Source of the DNA: an uncultured Haloferula sp.
Lineage (GTDB): Bacteria > Verrucomicrobiota > Verrucomicrobiia > Verrucomicrobiales > Akkermansiaceae
Length of the DNA: 64,000 bases
NCBI GenBank assembly: GCA_965652295.1
Contig: CBFGTS010000020.1
Span: 1-64,000 of the forward strand
Reading direction: 5' to 3'
This document shows positions 1-7,783 of the stretch, in pieces. The position numbers were made by a program, and so were the translations under genes. The notes beneath the pieces are model-generated. The model had not been told where the DNA came from. It saw only the letters and a program-made list of their open reading frames with translations, and did not search any database. The stretch's first letter is position 1. Every line of letters starts with the position of its first letter.

Positions 1-648
1 GGCGGGAAAATGGACTGGTCCGTCGTCCGCGAGAAGATCGCCAAGCACGGCATGCGGAATTCCAACGTCCTCGCCATCGCGCCGACCGCCACCATCTCGA
101 ACATCATGGGCACCACCCCGTGCATCGAGCCGAACTACAAGAACCTCTACGTGAAGAGCAACCTGAGCGGCGATTTCATCGTCCTCAACGGCACCCTCGT
201 CAACGACCTCAAGAAGGAAGGCCTCTGGAACCAGGAGATGCTCGACCAGTTGAAGTACTTCGACGGCGAGCTCGATGCCATCGACGACATCCCCGAGGCC
301 ATCAAGACCCGCCACCGCACCGTCTTCGGTGTCGGCTTCGAATACATCGTCGATGCCGCCGCCCGCCGCCAGAAGTGGATCGACCAGAGCCAGAGCGTGA
401 ACCTCTTCCTCGCCCAGCCCGACATGAAGACCCTCAGTCACATGTACCGCCGCGCCTGGGACAAGGGCCTCAAGACCACCTACTACCTCCGCACCCTCCA
501 GGCCTCCAACATCGAGAAATCGACGATCGACGTGAAGAAAGTCACCCGCGGCATCGTCGGTGGAAACCGCGAATACACCGCCGAGGAAAAGATCGCCTGC
601 TCCATCGACGCCATGATGAACGGCGGCGAGTGCGAGGCGTGCCAGTGA
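1..648 (+). CDS. nrdA: Ribonucleoside-diphosphate reductase alpha subunit, C-terminal part (gene begins before the window)
   Basis: Motifs GMRNSNVLAIAPTATIS, IDQSQSVNL, GLKTTYYLRT (tyrosine pair) and C-terminal redox CxxC (CEACQ); stop TGA 646-648. Confidence 0.97.
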   Translation, partial: GGKMDWSVVREKIAKHGMRNSNVLAIAPTATISNIMGTTPCIEPNYKNLYVKSNLSGDFIVLNGTLVNDLKKEGLWNQEMLDQLKYFDGELDAIDDIPEAIKTRHRTVFGVGFEYIVDAAARRQKWIDQSQSVNLFLAQPDMKTLSHMYRRAWDKGLKTTYYLRTLQASNIEKSTIDVKKVTRGIVGGNREYTAEEKIACSIDAMMNGGECEACQ

Positions 649-1547
649 CGCAACTGAAGTCGAGAGACATCAACCTACCCGGCAAGGCCTTGAAAGACTT
701 CGAAAAATTTGAATCCAAGGTCTTGTCGGAGATCCTTGATTCCTTCTCTAACATAACTGAGATCGGTTGGGGGGCCCAAAAGAAGGTCTTTCGTGCGTCC
801 ACCAATGACGGAGACGCTGTCGCTCTAAAGGCCGGAAAGTATCGCTCTTCGAAGCAATTGGAGCGAGTTCAACGAGAAGTGGACTTCTTGGGTCAAGCTG
901 CCTTAACCCAATTTCCAAAGCACAAGCTATTCTCCTACGATGTCGGCACACGGGAGTTCCTGATCGTCGAGGAGTTCATCAACGGAAGAAACCTTTCCAA
1001 TTGCATTGCTTTATTCAAAACTCCCGGTTCCATTTTGCAGTTGCTGTACTCTTGCTGCCTCGCGATGTCACCTGTGTGGGAAAAACGGGTGGTTCATCGT
1101 GACCTAAAGCCGGATAATATCCTAATTCGGGAAGACAGTCATTCGCCTGTTATTATTGACTTTGGTATCGCCCGATTTCTCAACCACAGCTCCTTGACAG
1201 ACAGTCGCGCCCTCCAAGGTCCCTGCACTCCTATTTACGCGGCCCGCGAGCAACTCACGAATAGGAAAGTCGCCATCGATCACCGGACCGATTTCTTTGC
1301 ATTGGGTGTAATCGCCGCAGAACTGTTGTATGGGCGCCACCCATTTTCTCCCGAAGCTGTGCAAAGCGAGAACGACCTAATCGAAAACGTGATTGAAGGG
1401 ATTTACTTCTTGCCTGAAGTAGCTGACCCAACGAACTTGAGAATCCGCTCGCTAATTTCGCGCCTTATTGATAAGGAGCCATTTAGACGCCCTCGATCTC
1501 CCCACGCAGTGCTTGGGGAGATCGGTAGCCTCCTTGCATCGTCATGA
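645..1547 (+). CDS. Hanks-type Ser/Thr protein kinase (stand-alone kinase domain, ~300 aa)
   Basis: IGWGAQKKVF Gly-loop, VALK, HRDLKPDN, DFG, TPIYAAREQ, DFFALG. Start re-assigned to GTG 645, overlapping the nrdA stop (GTGA); the upstream part of ORF 120..1547 is a shadow of nrdA. Confidence 0.9.
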   Translation: MTQLKSRDINLPGKALKDFEKFESKVLSEILDSFSNITEIGWGAQKKVFRASTNDGDAVALKAGKYRSSKQLERVQREVDFLGQAALTQFPKHKLFSYDVGTREFLIVEEFINGRNLSNCIALFKTPGSILQLLYSCCLAMSPVWEKRVVHRDLKPDNILIREDSHSPVIIDFGIARFLNHSSLTDSRALQGPCTPIYAAREQLTNRKVAIDHRTDFFALGVIAAELLYGRHPFSPEAVQSENDLIENVIEGIYFLPEVADPTNLRIRSLISRLIDKEPFRRPRSPHAVLGEIGSLLASS

Positions 1548-2704
1548 AAATTTACCACCAGACTGGCTTCAGAACCAACTGGAACTTGGAGTCCCACATC
1601 CGTGACGGTGTCGGGAGTGGCGTCATTTGGTCGCCAGTAAATGAATCACTGAGCACCTTAAAGAAACTAAATCCCGAAGTTCGGTCACGAAGCTTCTTGG
1701 ATCCGCAGCTCTACTTGCCACATGACCAAAAAGGAAAGCTGAAAACCTATGGTTATTCACCAGAGGAAATATCCCCTCGGTGGAAAACCTCTGATTTTGA
1801 TTCCATCAAATACGAGTCTGCTGATCAATGCCTAAAGATTCAAAGATCCGCCAAATTTGCGTATGATGTGATTCCTGCTCGCTACGAGAAGGACATTATG
1901 GTAGATCACTTCGAGCGAGCTTCTGAAGATTTTGTCGCTCCCTATATCGAATTGCGAGCAGCACAGCCCATCAATCCCCCTCTCCTTCTTTCGGTAATCG
2001 CAAAAAGAATTCAAGTTGTCGATCCGCATTGCCGCAACGAGCTTTTAAATTGGATTACCAGTCACCAAGAGATTGCTGGGGTATACATAATTTTCGATTC
2101 GGAAAGTAACTCAAAGCAAATCAAGGACTCCGTATTTTTAGAGGGTGCGCTTCGGATAATTTGGGGATTAAGGCAAAACAACCTAGAGGTTCATGTGGGT
2201 TACTGTAATACGGAGGCTATTCTGTATGCCATTGCAGATCCGAACTCCGTGACTATAGGGAGCTACGAGAATCTTCGGCGGTTTTCCATCGGCCGTTTTG
2301 AGGTCAAAGAAAAAACTGGTGGGAGAAGTCCTAATCCGCGACTTTATGTTGCAGGTCTCCTTCAATGGATCGAATACGGCTATGTTGGGGCGTTGGACCG
2401 GTTAGCCCCAGAATGGAGAGCCCTGCGACACAATAATTCCTATGAACTTGAGATGTTCACTCCGAGCTTCCAGTGGCATTTCGCGAAGCCGCAGATTTAC
2501 AAGCACTACTTTACAACCATGGCTCACCAAGTGAGCATTCTTGAGGAGGATATTATAGCGAGGAGGGCTCAAGTTATTAATTGGATTGATATTGCTCTCC
2601 AGTGGTTCGATTTGATTCGAAGTAAGAACGTTCTATTGGACTCTGATAGCGATGGGTCACATTTGAGCCATTGGAGGAACGCGATATCCCTCTTTCAGCA
2701 ATGA
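1544..2704 (+). CDS. Uncharacterised 386-aa protein, possibly TIM-barrel-like (beta-protein/sce7725-like is a guess)
   Basis: Long AT-richer ORF with ATGA overlaps at both ends; motifs GVIWSP and FLDPQLY; alternating beta/alpha pattern. Family not certain. Confidence 0.8.
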   Translation: MKIYHQTGFRTNWNLESHIRDGVGSGVIWSPVNESLSTLKKLNPEVRSRSFLDPQLYLPHDQKGKLKTYGYSPEEISPRWKTSDFDSIKYESADQCLKIQRSAKFAYDVIPARYEKDIMVDHFERASEDFVAPYIELRAAQPINPPLLLSVIAKRIQVVDPHCRNELLNWITSHQEIAGVYIIFDSESNSKQIKDSVFLEGALRIIWGLRQNNLEVHVGYCNTEAILYAIADPNSVTIGSYENLRRFSIGRFEVKEKTGGRSPNPRLYVAGLLQWIEYGYVGALDRLAPEWRALRHNNSYELEMFTPSFQWHFAKPQIYKHYFTTMAHQVSILEEDIIARRAQVINWIDIALQWFDLIRSKNVLLDSDSDGSHLSHWRNAISLFQQ

Positions 2705-3240
2705 AAGGTCCACTAGCCCGGATCTGCAGCTTTGCAACAGAGTCTGAAATGGGAGAGAATTTCATTTCTGCCATTGAGCCGAGGATGCGCTTCAATCAGA
2801 TCGTGGCGAAGCGTGAGTTTAAAGCTCCGCAAGGGATTCCTGATTTCCTGTTATTTCGGCGATGTGATTCGACTCTCGTATATGTTGTCGCGCTAGAGTT
2901 GAAACTGAAAGATTGGCGAAAAGGAATTTATCAGGCATTCAAATATAGAAGCTTTTGTAACGCTGCCTACGTCATTGTAGATCGCTATTATCAGGATGAC
3001 GCCCTCGCCAATATACAGATCTTCGTTGATTCCAACATTGGATTAGCCACTTTTTCGTTAGAAGGCGAGCTAGAGGTCCTCAGCGAGCCAGTCGCGGATA
3101 TTCCTTTTTCCGCTTATTACTCATCGGTGTTGAATTCGACCTTTAAGAAAGAAGAACCCGGCCTCGAAAAATGCAGCAGATTCCACAGATCCAAAATGGG
3201 AGCCGTCTCTCTGACGAAGCTAGATCCAATGCATTGGTAA
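2701..3240 (+). CDS. PD-(D/E)xK nuclease-fold protein (179 aa)
   Basis: E...GIPDFLL...VVALELKLKDWRKGIYQAFKY matches PD...ExK plus QxxxY; ATG 2701 overlaps the upstream stop (ATGA). Confidence 0.75.
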   Translation: MKGPLARICSFATESEMGENFISAIEPRMRFNQIVAKREFKAPQGIPDFLLFRRCDSTLVYVVALELKLKDWRKGIYQAFKYRSFCNAAYVIVDRYYQDDALANIQIFVDSNIGLATFSLEGELEVLSEPVADIPFSAYYSSVLNSTFKKEEPGLEKCSRFHRSKMGAVSLTKLDPMHW

Positions 3241-3413
3241 CGTCGACATTGAATGTCCAATAAATCACGTAATCAGAAGGGGGTGCGGACCGGGAACATC
3301 GGTATTCTATACGCTCGTTGTGGGAAGTAGTTTGTTGTTGAGTCGCGCGAACTTTTGTGGTAGCCGAAGTCTCGTAAGCTTGTATCGATGTTATGCAAAA
3401 AGCCAAATTCCTA

Positions 3414-3530
3414 AAAGGGGTCGGTCCTAGAAAACAAGCATTCGAAGCTTGACGCGGCTGGCTGGATTTCCGCAGGGTCGGATGCATGGCCCGTCCAGAT
3501 ACCGGTTTTCCAGCGGGCGAAACGGGTTTA
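3414..3530 (+). repeat. Direct repeat copy 1 (~117 bp): RAYT left end and first codons plus a 34-bp extension
   Basis: AAAGGGGTCGGTCCTAGAAAAC...GCATGGCCCGTCCAGATACCGGTTTTCCAGCGGGCGAAACGGGTTTA, near-identical to 3611-3727. Confidence 0.95.
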
Positions 3531-3610
3531 AAAAAGATGCCAGGCATACAGTAGCTTGACGGCTGCTGGCTCGATGAGCTAGAACCCTCGCAATCCGATG
3601 AAAACCAGTG

Positions 3611-3727
3611 AAAGGGGTCGGTCCTAGAAAACGCGCATTCGCAGCTTGACGCGGCTGGCTGGATTTCCGCAGGGTCGGATGCATGGCCCGTCCAGATACC
3701 GGTTTTCCAGCGGGCGAAACGGGTTTA
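3611..3727 (+). repeat. Direct repeat copy 2 (~117 bp)
   Basis: Near-identical to 3414-3530; first ~82 bp also match 3893-3974. Confidence 0.95.
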
Positions 3728-3739
3728 GGATACTTACCC

Positions 3740-3892
3740 ATGAAAAAGATTCTGATGCTCTACCCGGAGTTTCCGAACACGTTTTGGAGCTTCAGGTATG
3801 CGTTGAAGTTCGTTCACAAACGGGCGGCTTTTCCGCCGTTGGGATTGTTGACGGTTGCCGCGATGCTGCCGGAGGCGTGGGAAAAGTGCGTG
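3740..3892 (+). pseudogene. 5' fragment of a B12-binding radical SAM gene, cut off at the RAYT left end
   Basis: [49 protein letters not shown] is the typical N-terminus of B12-binding radical SAM proteins; no remainder seen in the window. Confidence 0.8.
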
Positions 3893-4980
3893 AAAGGGTC
3901 GGTCCTAGAAAACACGCATTCGCAGCTTGACGCGGTTGGCTGGATTTCCGCAGGGTCCGATGCATGGCCCGTCCTCTTCGCTACGAAGCCGCTGGCGCGA
4001 TCTACCACGTGATGGCACGCGGAGACGGTGGAAAGGATGTTTTTGAATCGGACTTCGACCGCCAGGATGCGCTGAAGCGTTTGGAGGAGGTGTGCGGGAG
4101 TTTCGGTTGGCGGGTGCATGCGTGGGTGTTGATGGGCAATCATTTCCACCTGCTGCTCGAGACGCCGGAGCCGAACTTGGTGAAGGGGATGAAGTGGTTC
4201 ATGGGGGTGGTTTCCCAGGCGTGGAACCGACGGAGAAAACGGCGGGGCCATGTTTTCCAAGGGCGCTACAAGGCGGTGGTGGTGAACGGCGAGGGGAGTG
4301 GGATGTATTTCCGAATCGTGGCGGACTACATCCATCTCAATCCGGCCCGTTCGGGCTGGGTGGGAGGAACGACGGGGAAGACCTTGCGGAGCTATCGCTG
4401 GAGCAGCTTTCCGATGTATCTGGCCAAGCGGTGCCCCGACTGGATGGAGACGGGGCGGGTGTTGGGAGCGTTCGAGCTGGCGGAAGGCCGGAAGGGCGCG
4501 GAGTCGTATGGCCGGTATCTTGAGGCGCGGGCAAAGGACCGCGAGGGGGTATTGACGGATGAGGCTCTGAAGGAGTTGAGGCGGGGCTGGTATCTCGGCG
4601 ATGAGGGTTTCGGGGAGAAGCTCGCGGCGGCGATCAAGGGGCGGGTGCCAAAGCGGCGGGCCAGTGTGAGTGGTGGAGCGGTGCGCGCGCACGACGAGGC
4701 GGAGGCGACGCGATTGGTGAAGTTGCTGCTTGAGGCATTGGGTTTGCCGCAGGGTCGGGTGGCGCTGGCTGGTCGGGCGAAATGGCAACGGGAGAAGGCG
4801 CTGGTTTGTGCAACGGTGCGGAAGTGGACAGGCGTGAGCAACGGATGGCTGGCCGATCGGCTGTCGATGGGCCACGTCAGCAGCGTGACCCGGAGTCTGC
4901 GGCGGGTAAGGGAGGAGAGGGACTTGAAAAGGGAGTTGGAGAGGCTGGAGGAACTGCTCGAAATCTAGGACTGACCCCTA
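3893..4980 (+). mobile_element. RAYT/Y1-transposase element bounded by inverted ends
   Basis: Left end GGGTCGGTCCTAGA (3896-3909); right end TCTAGGACTGACCCC (4964-4978) is its reverse complement with 1 mismatch; encloses the transposase. Confidence 0.8.
3964..4968 (+). CDS. REP-associated tyrosine transposase (RAYT, HUH/Y1 family) with C-terminal helical/HTH extension
   Basis: [29 protein letters not shown] (HUH), [14 protein letters not shown] (catalytic Tyr), YRWSS. Confidence 0.93.
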   Translation: MARPLRYEAAGAIYHVMARGDGGKDVFESDFDRQDALKRLEEVCGSFGWRVHAWVLMGNHFHLLLETPEPNLVKGMKWFMGVVSQAWNRRRKRRGHVFQGRYKAVVVNGEGSGMYFRIVADYIHLNPARSGWVGGTTGKTLRSYRWSSFPMYLAKRCPDWMETGRVLGAFELAEGRKGAESYGRYLEARAKDREGVLTDEALKELRRGWYLGDEGFGEKLAAAIKGRVPKRRASVSGGAVRAHDEAEATRLVKLLLEALGLPQGRVALAGRAKWQREKALVCATVRKWTGVSNGWLADRLSMGHVSSVTRSLRRVREERDLKRELERLEELLEI

Positions 4981-5015
4981 GCGCTCCCAGCGCTCCCAGC
5001 GCTCCCAGCGCTCCC
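4980..5015 (+). repeat. 9-bp tandem repeat (AGCGCTCCC)x4 abutting the RAYT right end
   Basis: Directly visible. Confidence 0.97.
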
Positions 5016-5036
5016 TGCCGATATCAAACTTCCCGG

Positions 5037-5411
5037 TTACGCATCGAAAGCCTCGTCGTCGGCCGACTCTCTTTTCTTCGTGGCCAACTCATGTTCGAGT
5101 TCATCGAGGATTTTGAACGTCTCAATGAATTTCAAACCAAAGGGGGTGAAGTGATATTCCACGCGCGGCGGGACTTCTGGGAAGCTCCGTTTTTCCAGCA
5201 CATCGTAGGAAACCAGCAGACGCAGGCAATCGTTGAGAACTTTAGCGGTAAGGCCATCCACGGCGCGTTCCATCGCGCCGGGACGGCGGATGTCCCCCTT
5301 CACGAGATCCACCACCGTCAACGACCATTTGCAGCCGACCACCGTCTCCACCATACGACCGATGCGCCGGGGCGGGACGTGCCGTGAAAATTTTTCCTCT
5401 TTGGTTTTCAT
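5037..5411 (-). CDS. HxlR-family winged-helix transcriptional regulator
   Basis: VVGCKWSLTVV, GLTAKVLNDCLRLL, FPEVPPRVEYHFT; start could also be 5435. Confidence 0.9.
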   Translation of the reverse strand: MKTKEEKFSRHVPPRRIGRMVETVVGCKWSLTVVDLVKGDIRRPGAMERAVDGLTAKVLNDCLRLLVSYDVLEKRSFPEVPPRVEYHFTPFGLKFIETFKILDELEHELATKKRESADDEAFDA

Positions 5412-5557
5412 CAATTCATACCGGTTTGTGCCCACCCCACCGGATTATGCCCGGTTTCCCGATCAAGCAGGAACAGTAGTGTGACGGCGTTCGATTTCAC
5501 GGCGGGATTCTTCGCTGAGGATAATCGCCACTCAAACCAACCACAAAATCGGAAATC

Positions 5558-6316
5558 ATGAAAAACGCACTGATCATCGGCGGTTCGACCGGAATGGGCT
5601 TTGACGCAGCCCATCGTCTCGCTGCACGCGGCGCGGCGGTGACCATCGCCGGACGCAACACCGTCAAACTCGAAAAGGCGGCCGCCACGTTGCGGGAAGC
5701 AGGCGCGTCCCGGGTCGCTATCAAAGCCGTCGATCTCTATGAACGCGAACAGGTGGACGCATTCGCCCGGGAGATTCTCGCCGGGCCGGCGTTCGACCGT
5801 GTCGTGAACGCGGCCGGGTATTTCTCCCCCACACCATTCCTCAAGCACACACGGGAAAACTATCGGCAATACCATGGCATCAACGAATCGCTTTTCTTCC
5901 TCACTCAGGCGGTCGTGCAGCGGATGGTGGACACCGGAGCCCCAGGCAGTATCGTCAATATCGGCTCGATGTGGGCCAAGCAGGCGATCAAGGCGACGCC
6001 GTCGTCCGCCTACTCGATGGCCAAGGCGGCCTTGCATTCGCTGACGCAGCACCTCGCGATGGAGCTTGCCGATCACGGCATCCGGGTGAACGCCGTATCG
6101 CCGGCTGTGGTGGATACGCCCATTTACGGCGCGTTCATCAAACCGGAGGAAATCAGCGAGGCTCTTTCGGGCTTCAACACGTTTCATCCGATCGGCCGGA
6201 TAGGCACCCCCACTGATGTCGGAGCAGTGATTGATTTCCTTCTGAGCGACGACGCCAGCTGGGTGACGGGTGCAGTATGGGACGTGGACGGCGGAGTGAT
6301 GGCCGGCCGCAACTGA
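5558..6316 (+). CDS. Short-chain dehydrogenase/reductase (SDR)
   Basis: [19 protein letters not shown] (YxxxK), [13 protein letters not shown]. Confidence 0.95.
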   Translation: MKNALIIGGSTGMGFDAAHRLAARGAAVTIAGRNTVKLEKAAATLREAGASRVAIKAVDLYEREQVDAFAREILAGPAFDRVVNAAGYFSPTPFLKHTRENYRQYHGINESLFFLTQAVVQRMVDTGAPGSIVNIGSMWAKQAIKATPSSAYSMAKAALHSLTQHLAMELADHGIRVNAVSPAVVDTPIYGAFIKPEEISEALSGFNTFHPIGRIGTPTDVGAVIDFLLSDDASWVTGAVWDVDGGVMAGRN

Positions 6317-6966
6317 AGCACCCGGGACATCAAGGCGACCTCGACCCGGAGGCGACCGACCCCGACCGCCCTCGAAGCGAACTTCGAGAAATCCCTTGCG
6401 AAGATCTGGTACTACTGACTCCGACGGATCTTCAAATACTCCTCCTCGCTCTTCTGATTCATGATTCTGGACACTGCTTTCACCCGGGTGTCATTCTTTC
6501 TGACGCAACGGCCTCCGACAGCCGATTCCTCAGTCCCTCCCCGGTCTCATTCTATTTGGCGCAATGCGCTGGTTGGAGACGCGGATGCCACCGCGATCCA
6601 AGTCGGGCTGCCATCGCTTCATCCAGGCTGGAGTTATGCCGCCTGCCGCAGCCCAGGCCCGGTCGCGAGGGATCCGCTGGAGTTCATGCGGATCGATATT
6701 TCCGAAGGTCCGCTGTCGCCGTGATCTCCCCGCGACCCCGACAGGAAAACGGAGCACTGAGAACGAGCCGTCTATTTTCATGGCCGACACGGAATCGCGT
6801 GGACATCGCAGGCACTCCTGTTAGAAAACGTTCAAAGGATCCACTCACCACGAAAATGACCTCAAGCCACAGGCCATGCGCAAGACCTGGCCGATCTGGA
6901 AGAAGTCCGACCTTCCAGCCCCGATTACTGAAAGCTCCCGAACAAACGCGAATCTCGGGGGTCGGG

Positions 6967-7025
6967 AAAAACATCTGCAGCCTCGACGCCATGCTCAACG
7001 GTAGACGTGTGAGGCATGCCGGTAA
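6967..7025 (+). pseudogene. Frameshifted relic of the nrdA 3' end
   Basis: Reads KNICSLDAMLNG-(2 nt)-TCEACR-stop versus intact KIACSIDAMMNGGECEACQ-stop at 589-648. Confidence 0.85.
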
Positions 7026-7046
7026 CCACCCATCCATTTCCTCACC

Positions 7047-7553
7047 ATGATTCTTCCACTGATGACCGGTCACCGATCACTCGGCACTTTCTTCACTACC
7101 TTGTTGCTTTCTTCGATCCTGCCAAGCTGTACTCCATCGAGTTTGCCACCGGTGGCTCCCAGCGAGTCGTATGAGGTAGGGATGCAGACTGCCCCTCCTG
7201 ATCAATCAACGCAGCCGCCAGCATCCGAGAAATCATCCCTCGTTGGAACATGGGAAGAAGATGCCTACTATGGGGATGTCGACGCGAAATCGAAGAGGGC
7301 CTACATCGCGATCAACGACAATGGAACGTGGAAGGAGTGGCGCAACGGGAGCTTGATCAACGAGGGGTCGTGGAGCGGCAGTGAAGCTTCGAGCATTGCT
7401 TGCAGTCTGACGGATGAGGAGGATGGGGAGAATCTCGAATGGTTCACCTTCAACCTTCAATCGGAGAAGAAGGCGGTTTACAAAGCCCACCCGGAAAGGA
7501 TGGATTCGGATGAATATGACGATCTGGAGTTTGATCGTCTGGAGGCTGAGTAG
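7047..7553 (+). CDS. Hypothetical lipoprotein (acidic, lipocalin-like 'LVGTW' motif)
   Basis: Hydrophobic N-terminus with LPSC lipobox-like motif; start uncertain. Confidence 0.6.
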   Translation: MILPLMTGHRSLGTFFTTLLLSSILPSCTPSSLPPVAPSESYEVGMQTAPPDQSTQPPASEKSSLVGTWEEDAYYGDVDAKSKRAYIAINDNGTWKEWRNGSLINEGSWSGSEASSIACSLTDEEDGENLEWFTFNLQSEKKAVYKAHPERMDSDEYDDLEFDRLEAE

Positions 7554-7783
7554 CGGCAACACCGGCGAGGCCTGCCGCCATCCATCCGCCCTATAAGAAA
7601 GGATGGAATGAGGAGAGCGGTAGGGGTGGATGGTCAGGTGCCGGATAAAGCGGCTTCGAAACTCATCTGACGGGTAGGCTTGGGATTTGCCAAGCGATCC
7701 CCCCGACTGGCAGCGGATGGCGTCACGAGACCGATTCGCTGAAGGTTTTGGGCAGAAGCTGCCGTATCGCGGGCTTCGTGGAG

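Noticed and set aside
120..644. N-terminal 175 aa of ORF 120..1547, or an nrdA-kinase fusion
   Set aside because: Arg/His/Pro-rich off-frame shadow of nrdA; nrdA has its normal CxxC-stop and the kinase has its own GTG at 645
3143..3741. Similar-looking minus-strand ORFs 3143..3547 and 3427..3741
   Set aside because: Their similarity comes only from the DNA repeats; no protein motifs
3414..3974. CRISPR array
   Set aside because: Repeats are 82-117 bp, spacers are unequal, no cas genes are present, and the repeats are transposase ends
6277..7050. 257-aa ORF and overlapping small ORFs
   Set aside because: Non-protein-like composition; only the nrdA-tail relic at its end is meaningful
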